A stretch of DNA of 64,000 nucleotides from Lachnospiraceae bacterium (GCA_029007885.1 JAQXIR010000077.1:25693-89692); one strand, 5' to 3'. Shown: positions 18,899 through 27,645, numbered from the stretch's first letter. The notes: generated from the sequence alone by a model not told the origin. Made by a program: numbers and translations.

Positions 18899-18929
18899 CC
18901 ATCAAACTCTTTTTCGTATCTATGGTTTT

Positions 18930-18957
18930 ATTGTAGCAAAATTCTTTTGCGTGTAAA
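18930..18957 (-). promoter_or_regulatory. sigma-A-type promoter for the LytTR operon
   Basis: On the minus strand: TTTACA-N16-TACAAT, about 30 nt upstream of the start codon. Confidence 0.55.
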
Positions 18958-18966
18958 TGCCTTTTG

Positions 18967-19001
18967 CGTAACAGGTAAAAATGCAGTCGTAAGAGGTAAC
19001 A
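18967..19001 (-). promoter_or_regulatory. direct-repeat pair at 21-bp phasing upstream of the LytTR promoter
   Basis: cgtaacaggtaaaa (18967-18980) and cgtaagaggtaaca (18988-19001) match at 12 of 14 positions. The proximal repeat ends 9 nt from the -35. Confidence 0.55.
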
Positions 19002-19078
19002 TATCCGATATAGGATGCTACCACAAAATAATTCCCCTGTTTTCTTCAACTCGACAAATCCCTTGATGAAGAGGAGTA

Positions 19079-19111
19079 ATTTATCGTTTTAAGAAATATA
19101 TTTATCGTTTT
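19079..19111 (+). promoter_or_regulatory. perfect 12-bp direct repeat pair ATTTATCGTTTT at 21-bp phasing upstream of the divergent promoter
   Basis: Copies at 19079-19090 and 19100-19111. The second copy ends 14 nt before TTGACA. Confidence 0.6.
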
Positions 19112-19125
19112 TCAATAAATATATA

Positions 19126-19154
19126 TTGACATTCAATAATCCCGGTGCTATGCT
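19126..19154 (+). promoter_or_regulatory. sigma-A-type promoter for the DUF2975-HTH-membrane operon
   Basis: TTGACA-N17-TATGCT. Confidence 0.5.
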
Positions 19155-19221
19155 ACACGTAACAACAGCACCGGATTTTTCTATCCTTGGCTGTATCATC
19201 ACCTTTTGGGGAGGCTATGCT

Positions 19222-19668
19222 ATGAAAAACAAATTGACCGTTTTTACAAAATTTCTGTTGGATCTTATGTTTTACGGAGGTATCGTGGTTACCGCAACGG
19301 TTCCTCTTGCATTCCGAATCTATGGAAACTATAACAGCCATTTCCGGGAATTCTATTGGGAACTGGTACTCCTGTTTCTTTTGAGCGGCTTTTTTGCTGT
19401 CATGATTATTCGGTATCTTCGTAAAATTTTTTCTACTGTTCTGAAGGATGACTGTTTTGTTTATGAAAATGTACAAAGTCTTCGGAAAATGGGAACTTAC
19501 AGTTTCGGAATTGCACTCCTTACCACCGGACGCGTATTTCTCTACCTTACACCGGCTGTCGTTATTGTCATTATCACTTTTTTGATTGCCGGGCTCTTCA
19601 GTAAAGTACTCGCCCTTGTGTTTGATAAAGCAATTTCCTACAAACTGGAAAACGATTTGACAATATAG
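19222..19668 (+). CDS. DUF2975-like four-TM membrane protein
   Basis: Small polytopic protein immediately upstream of a YozG-type HTH gene, which is the canonical pairing. The ATG at 19222 has GGGGAGG 7 nt upstream. Confidence 0.7.
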   Translation: MKNKLTVFTKFLLDLMFYGGIVVTATVPLAFRIYGNYNSHFREFYWELVLLFLLSGFFAVMIIRYLRKIFSTVLKDDCFVYENVQSLRKMGTYSFGIALLTTGRVFLYLTPAVVIVIITFLIAGLFSKVLALVFDKAISYKLENDLTI

Positions 19669-19678
19669 GAGGCATCGT

Positions 19679-19918
19679 ATGGCTATCGTGATTAATTTGG
19701 ATGTCGTAATGGCAAAAAGAAAAATGAGTGTAACTGAACTGGCAGATGAGATTGATATTACAATGGCAAATTTATCTATTTTGAAAAACAACAAAGCAAA
19801 AGCAATCCGCTTTTCCACACTGGATGCCATCTGTAAGTCTTTAAATTGTCAGCCCGGGGATATTTTGGAATATGTTGAAGAAAATGATACTTCCGATAAT
19901 CGATTGGAAGAAGAATAG
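19679..19918 (+). CDS. XRE/YozG-type helix-turn-helix transcriptional regulator
   Basis: 79 aa. VMAKRKMSVTELADEIDITMANLSILKNNKAKAIRFSTLDAICKSLNCQPGDILEY is the typical YozG-like HTH sequence. Confidence 0.88.
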   Translation: MAIVINLDVVMAKRKMSVTELADEIDITMANLSILKNNKAKAIRFSTLDAICKSLNCQPGDILEYVEENDTSDNRLEEE

Positions 19919-19929
19919 GAGGAATTTTT

Positions 19930-21444
19930 ATGTTAAGGGAGAAATATAATCTGTTTGGAATTGCAAGTGCTGTTTATGCCGTCTTTCTGACGTTTTGTCT
20001 CTATCAGAATACGAAAGGGGTAACGTTCCCTTTTTTCGTCGCAGGAACCCTATGCTATTTCTGCTATTGTATGAAAAAGTGCGGGGTTGCCTTGAAAAAG
20101 GATGACTTGTTTTATTTCCTGTCTTTGATGCTTCTTGGAATTTCCGTTTTTCTGACCATGGACAGTCGAATCCTGTTTCTTACAAGAACCGGTATTTTTC
20201 TTCTATTTACTGCGTTCTTGCTGCAACATTTTTATCATACAAATCATTGGACTTTCACGAAATATTTAGAATCCATTTTGGAAGCTGTTATCTATGCCAT
20301 CGGCTCCTTTTGCTATCCGGTTAAAGACTTAATCTATTATGTTCAGGAAAAAAAGAAGCCTAAGACCGATGCAGATGGAAATCCACTTCCGAAAGAAGAA
20401 AGCAAACTGAAATACTTTCTGCTTGGCGCAGCGATTTCCGTTCCTCTTCTTATCATTGTCCTTTTAGCACTCTCACAAGCGGATGCCGTATTTGGAAATC
20501 TTTTGGAAGATTTCTTTGACCTGATTCAAATTGATACGGTAATCAAGGTAGTTCTTCTTACTCTGTTCGGTTATTTTGCTTCTTACAGTGTTTTGCATTC
20601 TCTTGTAAAAAGGGAATTAAAAGAAGATTGTACCGGCAATCGTACCAAAGAACCGATTATCGCCATTACGTTTACTTCTGTGATTTCGGTTGTTTATCTG
20701 ATTTTCTGTGTCATTCAGATTCTTTACCTTTTCATGGGAAATATGCAGTTGCCGGAAGGCTATACATACGCTCAGTATGCAAAACAGGGATTTTATGAAT
20801 TGCTTTTTGTCTGTGTAATGAATCTTATCATTCTTCTTGTTTGTATCAGTCTCTTTAAAGAAAGCAATATTTTGAAAGGGATTTTAAGTGTCATTACTGT
20901 CTGCACCTACATTATGATTGCATCCAGTGCTTACCGTATGTATCTGTACGTTGATGCCTACCACTTGACTTTTTTACGGCTATTTGTGTTTTTCTCTCTT
21001 TTTGTGATTGCCGTATTGATGGTCGGAATCTTCATTACAATTTTCCGCGACGGCTTCCCGCTTTTTAGATACTGCATGGTTGCTATCACGATTTTTACGA
21101 TTATTCTTTCCTATTCGCATCCGGATTATCTGATTGCAAAATACAATCTTAAGCATATGACACCGATTGTCGAAGAAGGAAATACCTATCGGGATGTTTC
21201 GTATTTATGCAATCATCTCTGTGCTGATGCTGCACCGGTACTTCTACAGCCGGAAACCTTCAAGCATCTGCTGGAGGTTGAACCTAATCAAGCCAGATGG
21301 TATTACGATGACTGTTATTCCGATTACGAAGATGGAAAAATGAATGTTTCCTTACGAACATTCAATCTTTCCACCTTCCGCTATAAAAAAGCATTTGAAA
21401 CATTACAACAGGATACTGCTATTCTTTCATTGAAACAGCACTGA
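19930..21444 (+). CDS. large polytopic membrane protein (DUF4153/DUF4173-like)
   Basis: 504 aa with more than 10 predicted TM helices. The start lies 11 nt after the HTH gene, with an AGGAGG RBS. Confidence 0.7.
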   Translation: MLREKYNLFGIASAVYAVFLTFCLYQNTKGVTFPFFVAGTLCYFCYCMKKCGVALKKDDLFYFLSLMLLGISVFLTMDSRILFLTRTGIFLLFTAFLLQHFYHTNHWTFTKYLESILEAVIYAIGSFCYPVKDLIYYVQEKKKPKTDADGNPLPKEESKLKYFLLGAAISVPLLIIVLLALSQADAVFGNLLEDFFDLIQIDTVIKVVLLTLFGYFASYSVLHSLVKRELKEDCTGNRTKEPIIAITFTSVISVVYLIFCVIQILYLFMGNMQLPEGYTYAQYAKQGFYELLFVCVMNLIILLVCISLFKESNILKGILSVITVCTYIMIASSAYRMYLYVDAYHLTFLRLFVFFSLFVIAVLMVGIFITIFRDGFPLFRYCMVAITIFTIILSYSHPDYLIAKYNLKHMTPIVEEGNTYRDVSYLCNHLCADAAPVLLQPETFKHLLEVEPNQARWYYDDCYSDYEDGKMNVSLRTFNLSTFRYKKAFETLQQDTAILSLKQH

Positions 21445-22429
21445 CTGCATTGCAGATGGCCGCAATCACGCCGAATAAAACGCCTGCTATCGGCCAAATG
21501 ATCCATGTAAATCCCCAGTTCATTGTTGTAAAACTCCAAATGAAATAGATAACTGCAGCAATCGGCCAATAAACAGAAGCAATGATATCCACAATGTTAT
21601 TACTCTTTTTGTTTACCGGTGTAAATTCACCTTCCTGTAAAAGTGCATTGTAAGCATTCATTTCTTCTCCGGAACGAATAAACAAAAATACAGCTATTGC
21701 AATTAAAAGCAGCAAAAGGAAAACAGCCACTGCACTTATGAAATCTGACTCTTGACCCAATGTTATGAGAATGATTAACATCATTGGTGCCAGAATGCAA
21801 AGAACAACTCCTACCGCCAATGTAACCGTATACGTTGTGCGGTAGGATTCTTTGCACGCACAGACATATTCTCTTGTCGATTCGGAAAGTTCGATAATGT
21901 TTTTCTTTAGGTACTCATATCGTTCCATTTTGCCGCCGTTTATAATAAAAATCAGAACACCAAGTGCAACACAGATAAATAGAGGTATTATTACGATAAT
22001 ATTAAGAAGGTCTCCATACGTCGCAATGTCGAAAAGGTCCAGTCTTACATCTTCCCTGCCGGAAAGGATACCTCCAAGAAGTACGGTCAGTGCCGGTCCC
22101 ATCATGCAAAGAACAACACCGAGTCCAATCATTATTCCGTTCTGCTTTTTGGCCGCAATAATTTCTTCTGCACTTTCCCTTGATACAGATATCCTGTCGC
22201 CTTTTGCCTCCATAGCAGCCGGAATATCCCATTCTTTTGCCAGTTCATCAATATTTCCGAATTCTGAAATCACAATGCCGACTGCTTCGTTTTCACTTTT
22301 TCCTTCTGCCTTCAATTCATTGTATTTATCTTCCATGTTACTTAACAGTTCTTCTTTTGCACGCAGAATTTCATTTGTTTTCGGATATCCTGCGAAAAGA
22401 TTATTCAGATAAGTTTTTATTGTCTCCAT
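21419..22429 (-). CDS. membrane protein with a PadR-associated N-terminal helical (HAAS / permease-prefix-like) domain
   Basis: The N-terminus TYLNNLFAGYPKTNEILRAKEELLSNMEDKYNELKAEGKSENEAVGIVISEFGNIDELA is typical of partners of PadR regulators. It is followed by about 6 TM helices. Confidence 0.75.
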   Translation of the reverse strand: METIKTYLNNLFAGYPKTNEILRAKEELLSNMEDKYNELKAEGKSENEAVGIVISEFGNIDELAKEWDIPAAMEAKGDRISVSRESAEEIIAAKKQNGIMIGLGVVLCMMGPALTVLLGGILSGREDVRLDLFDIATYGDLLNIIVIIPLFICVALGVLIFIINGGKMERYEYLKKNIIELSESTREYVCACKESYRTTYTVTLAVGVVLCILAPMMLIILITLGQESDFISAVAVFLLLLLIAIAVFLFIRSGEEMNAYNALLQEGEFTPVNKKSNNIVDIIASVYWPIAAVIYFIWSFTTMNWGFTWIIWPIAGVLFGVIAAICNAVSAVSMKE

Positions 22430-22449
22430 ATGTTTCTCCCCTCTGTTTG

Positions 22450-22779
22450 TTAAATTGTTTCTTTGATGAATTTTTCAATTACTTCTTTTGTTACTTTCCA
22501 TTCTTCACATTTTTCTTTGTAATAGCAGATTCCTGCCTGCGTTATTTTATAATACGTCCTTCGTTTTCCATTCGTCTCATTACCGAAAAAAGATTCTATG
22601 TATCCGTTCTTTTCCAATCTATTGAATGCTGAGTACAGTGTTGTCTCCTTGATAATATACTTTTCTTCCGACAACTCCCGGATATTCTTGGATATTTCAT
22701 ATCCATACGAAGGGCCTTCCAAAAGAAAATAGAGAAGAATGGTGTCGTTGTATCCACGAATTACATCGCTGCTAATCAA
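22450..22779 (-). CDS. PadR-family transcriptional regulator
   Basis: 109 aa with a winged-helix pattern (ILLYFLLEGPSYGYEISKNI...LYSAFNRLEKNGYIES...GKRRTYYKITQAG). TTG start. Confidence 0.9.
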   Translation of the reverse strand: MISSDVIRGYNDTILLYFLLEGPSYGYEISKNIRELSEEKYIIKETTLYSAFNRLEKNGYIESFFGNETNGKRRTYYKITQAGICYYKEKCEEWKVTKEVIEKFIKETI

Positions 22780-22814
22780 CTAATCACTTCCTTCCAAAAA
22801 CCAAAGTACTTTGT

Positions 22815-22881
22815 CTGTCGTACTACGTCTGTCGTAGTATATGCATATACTATATATATCATGATTACTACGACAGGTCAA
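22815..22881 (-). promoter_or_regulatory. padR promoter with three copies of an 11-bp operator-like motif
   Basis: CTGTCGTA(C/G)TA at 22815-22825 and 22829-22839, plus an inverted copy at 22866-22876. On the minus strand TTGACC-N17-TATATA overlaps these copies. Confidence 0.5.
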
Positions 22882-22901
22882 GTAATTTTTTAAAAAAATT
22901 T

Positions 22902-22920
22902 TAAAAGCACTCATCTGTCA
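22902..22920. repeat. left copy of the 19-bp inverted repeat flanking the Rpn gene
   Basis: taaaagcactcatctgtca is the reverse complement of 23797-23815 at 18 of 19 positions. Confidence 0.85.
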
Positions 22921-22960
22921 AAAATAGTGGGATAATTAAACCGATTGGTCTTATGAAATG

Positions 22961-23776
22961 TTATTTGAACAATTGATATTTTCTAAGCATTTTTTCAAAG
23001 AATTTTTCATCTTCTGACAAGCGTGGTATTTCCTTTTCCTGGCCGTTTTGTGTCATCAAACGAATTAAAGAAAGTATTTTCTCTTGTCCATCTTTCATTC
23101 CTTCCTGTTTTTCATTTGATAACATTTCTTTTAAATACATATAGTTATCCTCCAAGGTTCGATTATGTTTTAATTTCGTAATCTTCTCATGAATTCGGTC
23201 TATCCTTTTGTCATGGATGATTTTAACATAATGATCTGTCGAATTATTTACATACTGCAAAAAGTGAATGAGCGTTTTCGGTACATTCGCAGTATCTTTC
23301 CCTTTTGTATTTAAAAAGACTCTTTTTGCTCCATCTTCTAAAGCAAAGGGTTCTTCCGCATTGCACATCATCTCAAAAGTATACACACATTTTCCTTTTC
23401 CAAACGGATCAAAATTACAAATGAAAATAATATATACTGGTGGTAAATCACAATAATTCTGCCCACTCTCAAGTGAAGTCACATCTATTTCGGCTTGGTG
23501 ATAACGACTTCTTTTGGATAAATCACCTTCATTTCTATTTTGCATTTCCAAGTTATATGTTACTTTTACGATATCTGTAGCAAAAACATCAAAACGGGCA
23601 TATCGAAAGTCCGAACTAAATAATGTCATCTTTTCAGGAATTACCTTTTCTACTTCAATATGATGACCAAGAATACATTCCAGTACAAGTCCGCATATTT
23701 CTTTATCTTCCATTGCTGCCGCAAATAAAAATGCATTATTTAGATTAAGATTCTTAAAAGATTCTTTTACTGCCAT
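22961..23776 (-). CDS. Rpn-family recombination-promoting nuclease / PD-(D/E)XK putative transposase
   Basis: 271 aa. The N-terminus NLNLNNAFLFAAAMEDKEICGLVLECILG and core FDVFATD...YNLEMQN resemble the YhgA/Rpn (Transposase_31) family, recognised from memory. Confidence 0.7.
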   Translation of the reverse strand: MAVKESFKNLNLNNAFLFAAAMEDKEICGLVLECILGHHIEVEKVIPEKMTLFSSDFRYARFDVFATDIVKVTYNLEMQNRNEGDLSKRSRYHQAEIDVTSLESGQNYCDLPPVYIIFICNFDPFGKGKCVYTFEMMCNAEEPFALEDGAKRVFLNTKGKDTANVPKTLIHFLQYVNNSTDHYVKIIHDKRIDRIHEKITKLKHNRTLEDNYMYLKEMLSNEKQEGMKDGQEKILSLIRLMTQNGQEKEIPRLSEDEKFFEKMLRKYQLFK

Positions 23777-23796
23777 ATTTCCTCCTTCAAAGGTTA

Positions 23797-23815
23797 TGAC
23801 AGATGAATGCTTTTA
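23797..23815. repeat. right copy of the 19-bp inverted repeat flanking the Rpn gene
   Basis: tgacagatgaatgctttta. It lies between the predicted promoter (TAGACA-N17-TATAAT, 23853..23825, minus strand) and the RBS. Confidence 0.85.
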
Positions 23816-23872
23816 TACTCTTATATTATACATTAGGCAATTTTGTTTGTCTATATGATACATTATTTTAGT

Positions 23873-25426
23873 TTAAATTCTTGTCGTATATTCGGAAAAA
23901 TCCCAGATTTCATCAGCAAGTCCCTGATAAAATTCCGGTTCATGGCAAACCATCAGGATACTGCCTTTATATTCCAGCAAAGCACGTTTTAGTTCTTCCT
24001 TTGCATCTACATCAAGATGGTTGGTCGGTTCATCCAGTACAAGAAGATTGCTCTCACGATTAATTAGTTTACATAATCTCACCTTTGCCTGTTCACCACC
24101 GCTCAGCACCTTTACCTTGCTTTCGATATGTTTTGTGGTAAGACCGCATTTTGCCAGTGCACTGCGTACTTCATACTGGGAAAATCCCGGAAATTCCGAC
24201 CAGATTTCTTCAATACAGGTCGTTTCCACACCTTTTTGCATTTCCTGCTCAAAATACCCGATTGCCAGATAATCTCCCAGTTCCACACTGCCCTGTAACG
24301 GTTTTATCAATCCTAGAATACTTTTTAACAGAGTTGTTTTCCCAATCCCGTTTGCTCCGGTTATCACGATTTTTTTACCGCGTTCCATGGTAAGATGCAT
24401 CGGCTTTGACAGCGGTTCTTCATATCCGATTACTAGATCTTTTGCAATAAACAGGAATCTTCCCGGTGTCCGTGCCTCTTTGAATACAAACTCCGGTTTC
24501 GGTTTTTCCGCCGCCAGTTCAATGACATCCATTTTATCTAATTTCTTTTGTCTGGACATTGCCATATTTCTGGTCGCTACCCGCGCCTTGTTTCTTGCCA
24601 CAAAATCCTTCAGTTCGGAAATTTCCTTCTGTTGTTTATTGTATGCTGCAGTAAGCTGTGCTTTCTTCATGGCGTAAACTTCTTCAAATTTATCGTAGTC
24701 TCCGACATAGCGGTTTAACTGCTGATTGTCCATATGATAAATAATGTTGATTACACTGTTTAAAAACGGAATATCGTGAGAAATCAGAATGAATGCATTT
24801 TCATATTCGTTTAGATACCGTTTCAGCCACTCGATATGCTCTACATCCAGATAGTTCGTCGGCTCATCCAAAAGAAGAATATCCGGTTTTTCAAGCAATA
24901 ATTTCCCTAATAGAATTTTCGTACGTTGTCCGCCGCTCAATTGTGAAACATCCTTATCAAGACCGATTTCCATAAGGCCGAGCGCACGTGCCACCTCTTC
25001 TACCTTGGAGTCAATCATATAAAAATCATGCATAGTCAGCATATCCTGAATGGTTCCGAGTTCTTCCATGTAAGCATCCAGCTCTTGTGGCGTGCAATCT
25101 CCCATTTTTTCACAAATGCTGTTCATCCGCTCTTCCATTTCAAAAAGAAAATCAAAAGCAGAGGAAAGAACATCCCGGACACTCATTCCTTTTGTAAGCA
25201 CCGTATGCTGGTCAAGATAACCGACACGGACATTTTTTGCCCATTCAATCTTTCCTTCATCCGGCATCAGTTTTCCGGTAATAATATTCATAAACGTGGA
25301 TTTTCCTTCACCATTTGCTCCAATCAGTCCGATATGTTCCCCCTTTAACAGGCGGAAGGATACATCATGAAAAATGGCTCTGTCTCCAAAGCCATGTGTC
25401 AAATGTTCAACATTTAAAATACTCAT
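23873..25426 (-). CDS. ABC-F family ATPase with two NBDs and no TMD
   Basis: 517 aa. Two Walker A motifs (GANGEGKST, GANGIGKTT), two LSGG signatures and an inter-domain linker. Confidence 0.9.
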   Translation of the reverse strand: MSILNVEHLTHGFGDRAIFHDVSFRLLKGEHIGLIGANGEGKSTFMNIITGKLMPDEGKIEWAKNVRVGYLDQHTVLTKGMSVRDVLSSAFDFLFEMEERMNSICEKMGDCTPQELDAYMEELGTIQDMLTMHDFYMIDSKVEEVARALGLMEIGLDKDVSQLSGGQRTKILLGKLLLEKPDILLLDEPTNYLDVEHIEWLKRYLNEYENAFILISHDIPFLNSVINIIYHMDNQQLNRYVGDYDKFEEVYAMKKAQLTAAYNKQQKEISELKDFVARNKARVATRNMAMSRQKKLDKMDVIELAAEKPKPEFVFKEARTPGRFLFIAKDLVIGYEEPLSKPMHLTMERGKKIVITGANGIGKTTLLKSILGLIKPLQGSVELGDYLAIGYFEQEMQKGVETTCIEEIWSEFPGFSQYEVRSALAKCGLTTKHIESKVKVLSGGEQAKVRLCKLINRESNLLVLDEPTNHLDVDAKEELKRALLEYKGSILMVCHEPEFYQGLADEIWDFSEYTTRI

Positions 25427-25446
25427 GCAATACTCCTTCGTATAAA

Positions 25447-26256
25447 TTACAAAATAAATTCATCAATGACCTGCACAATCCCGTCCTCATCATTTGATTT
25501 TGTAATATAATCTGCTTTTTCCTTTACTTTTTCCTGTGCATTTGCCATCGCAACACCGACACCTGCATATTCTATCATCGTCATATCGTTAAATCCGTCA
25601 CCGCAGCAGATGGTATTTTCTCTTGTCATTCCGACAGTACTAAGCATTCTGTCAATCGATGTTGCTTTGTCGATTCCTTTTGGCATCAGTTCGATGAAAA
25701 ATGGTTCGGAACGATATACACTGATAATGTCCCCGTATTTTTGAGAAAGCTGCTTTTCATATTCTTCCGCTTTATCGGGCGGTGCCGTCATCAACATTTT
25801 GTTCACATCAAAATCCACAAAACTCAAGAAATCGTCTACAGTCTGTACTTTCATTCCGTTAATACGGGATTCCAATGCGACATAATCATCCATTCTCGTC
25901 CCCAGAATAATTTTATCTCCGTAATAAGTAATCAGACCGCAGTCGTTTTGTTTTGCAAAATGGTAAAGTTTTGGAATCAGAACGGATGGAAACATCTTTT
26001 GATATACAATCTCACCGGTACGACAGTTGATAATTCTTCCTCCGTTAAAAGAAAGCAGATATCCGCCATACTTTTCCAATTCCAATTCTTCTTCATATCG
26101 GCGCATACCGGGAGTCGGTCTTCCGGATGCAAGCATTACTTTATGGCCTCTCTCCTGAATGGATTTTATCGCTTTCTTTGTTTCTTCGGTGATTTCTTTC
26201 CGGGAATTTGTCAAGGTACCGTCAATGTCCAGTACCAGCATTTTGATATCGTTCAC
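25447..26256 (-). CDS. Cof-type HAD-IIB phosphatase
   Basis: DIDGTL motif, GDGFND motif and Cof-like cap region. GTG start with an AGGAG RBS. Confidence 0.88.
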   Translation of the reverse strand: MNDIKMLVLDIDGTLTNSRKEITEETKKAIKSIQERGHKVMLASGRPTPGMRRYEEELELEKYGGYLLSFNGGRIINCRTGEIVYQKMFPSVLIPKLYHFAKQNDCGLITYYGDKIILGTRMDDYVALESRINGMKVQTVDDFLSFVDFDVNKMLMTAPPDKAEEYEKQLSQKYGDIISVYRSEPFFIELMPKGIDKATSIDRMLSTVGMTRENTICCGDGFNDMTMIEYAGVGVAMANAQEKVKEKADYITKSNDEDGIVQVIDEFIL

Positions 26257-26277
26257 TGTCCTTCTCCTGTTTCTTTC

Positions 26278-27213
26278 TTACTCATTTTCAAATAACGGTG
26301 TGGAAAAATAGCGTTCCGCCGTATCGGGAAGAACCGTAACAACGGTTTTTCCTTTTCCGAGTTTCTTAGCAAGTTTAAGTGCTGCTGCCACATTTGTTCC
26401 GCTTGAAATACCGCACATGATTCCTTCCAGTCTGGCTAAATCTTTTGCGGTATTGATTGCTTCTTCATCCGTTACAATATAAATATCATCGTAAATATCC
26501 ATATTCAGATTTTTCGGAATCAGTCCGTCTCCGATTCCCATCTGTAAATGTGTGCCGATATTTCCTCCGGCAAGAATTGCCGCATGCTCCGGCTCAACCG
26601 CCCAGATTTCAATATTGGGATTCTGTGCTTTTAAGACTTCTCCGATTCCGCTTATCGTACCGCCGGTGCCGATTCCGGAGCAAAATCCGTGAATCTCTCC
26701 GGCCACCTGTTCCATGATTTCCATACCGGTACGATGTTTATGAACCATCGGATTTGCCGGATTCTCAAACTGCTGCGGTACATAGACATTCGGATTTTCT
26801 TTTGCCATGTTTAGTGCCGTCTGCAAACACTCATCAATGCAGGCACCGATATTTCCGTCATCGTGAATCAGTACAACTTCTGCTCCGTAGTGGGCAACCA
26901 GTTTTCTTCTTTCTTCACTCACAGAGTCCGGCATAATAATGATTGTTTTGTAGCCTTTTACAGCACCGATTAGTGCAAGCCCGATTCCCTGATTTCCGCT
27001 GGTCGGTTCAACGATAATGGTATCCTTCCCGATTTTTCCTTCCTTTTCAGCCTGCGAAATCATATTATATGCTGTTCTTGTTTTGATAGAACCCCCGACA
27101 TTTAATCCTTCAAATTTTACAAGGATTTCTGCTGCATCCGGGTCATTATTTATTCTGTTTAACCGAATCATAGGGGTATGTCCCATATACTCCAGAATAT
27201 TATTACAAACCAT
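26278..27213 (-). CDS. cysK: cysteine synthase A (O-acetylserine sulfhydrylase)
   Basis: 311 aa with the PLP-lysine region GGSIKTR, plus TSGNQGIGLA and GIGTGGTISG. Confidence 0.93.
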   Translation of the reverse strand: MVCNNILEYMGHTPMIRLNRINNDPDAAEILVKFEGLNVGGSIKTRTAYNMISQAEKEGKIGKDTIIVEPTSGNQGIGLALIGAVKGYKTIIIMPDSVSEERRKLVAHYGAEVVLIHDDGNIGACIDECLQTALNMAKENPNVYVPQQFENPANPMVHKHRTGMEIMEQVAGEIHGFCSGIGTGGTISGIGEVLKAQNPNIEIWAVEPEHAAILAGGNIGTHLQMGIGDGLIPKNLNMDIYDDIYIVTDEEAINTAKDLARLEGIMCGISSGTNVAAALKLAKKLGKGKTVVTVLPDTAERYFSTPLFENE

Positions 27214-27378
27214 TTGTTCTTTCCTCCTGTTTATGCCTGTTTGGCACGTTTACGATTATACTCTATTTCTATGTGCAACTGCAAAGATTTTATATCATTT
27301 CGAAACATTTTTTAAAAATAATAGCATTCCAAATTCCGGTAGGCTATAATAGGATAACAAAACAAAGAAGGTGATTTC

Positions 27379-27645
27379 ATGCTTTTTCAAGAAGCAAAAA
27401 CATTGCTTCCGCAATGGAAGGTTGAAGATATCGAAACGGGTACAGTCTATGTTATCGACCATATCCAGGTGAATCAAAATTCCCAGCGCGTTATGATTTA
27501 TGCAAGGGAAGAAAAGACCAGAAAACCTGTCTGCTTAGATCATCGCAAAATCAGAAAAATTCATTTGATTGACGTTGTCCGCAAGCAGATGGCAGAACGG
27601 GAAGCAGAACGGGAAAAGGAAGAAACGCAGAAAGAACGGGAGTAG
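27379..27645 (+). CDS. hypothetical 88-aa protein with a charged ER/EK tail
   Basis: ORF with an AAGAAGGTGAT RBS and an upstream TATAAT, followed by a hairpin (agtagcaca/tgtactact). No family was recognised. Confidence 0.45.
   Translation: MLFQEAKTLLPQWKVEDIETGTVYVIDHIQVNQNSQRVMIYAREEKTRKPVCLDHRKIRKIHLIDVVRKQMAEREAEREKEETQKERE

Noticed and set aside
19153-19830. 225-aa minus-strand ORF overlapping the DUF2975 and HTH genes
   Set aside because: The plus-strand genes have recognisable family signatures, RBSs and a promoter. The antisense ORF has none of these and its composition is odd.
21852-22412. 186-aa plus-strand ORF antisense to the PadR-partner gene. Similar antisense ORFs lie at 25741..26295, 28971..29522, 30026..30559 and 43322..43798.
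   Set aside because: Each lies fully inside a well-supported gene on the other strand and lacks an RBS or any recognisable motif.
23873-25426. ABC-F protein considered as an antibiotic-resistance (ARE) ribosomal protection factor
   Set aside because: Housekeeping and resistance ABC-F proteins cannot be separated by eye from sequence alone. There is no resistance-island context, so it is reported only as ABC-F family.
27214-27378. Possible T-box or S-box leader upstream of cysK
   Set aside because: The predicted promoter (TTGCAG-N18-TATAAT) leaves only about 40 nt of 5' UTR. I saw no specifier or terminator-antiterminator structure.
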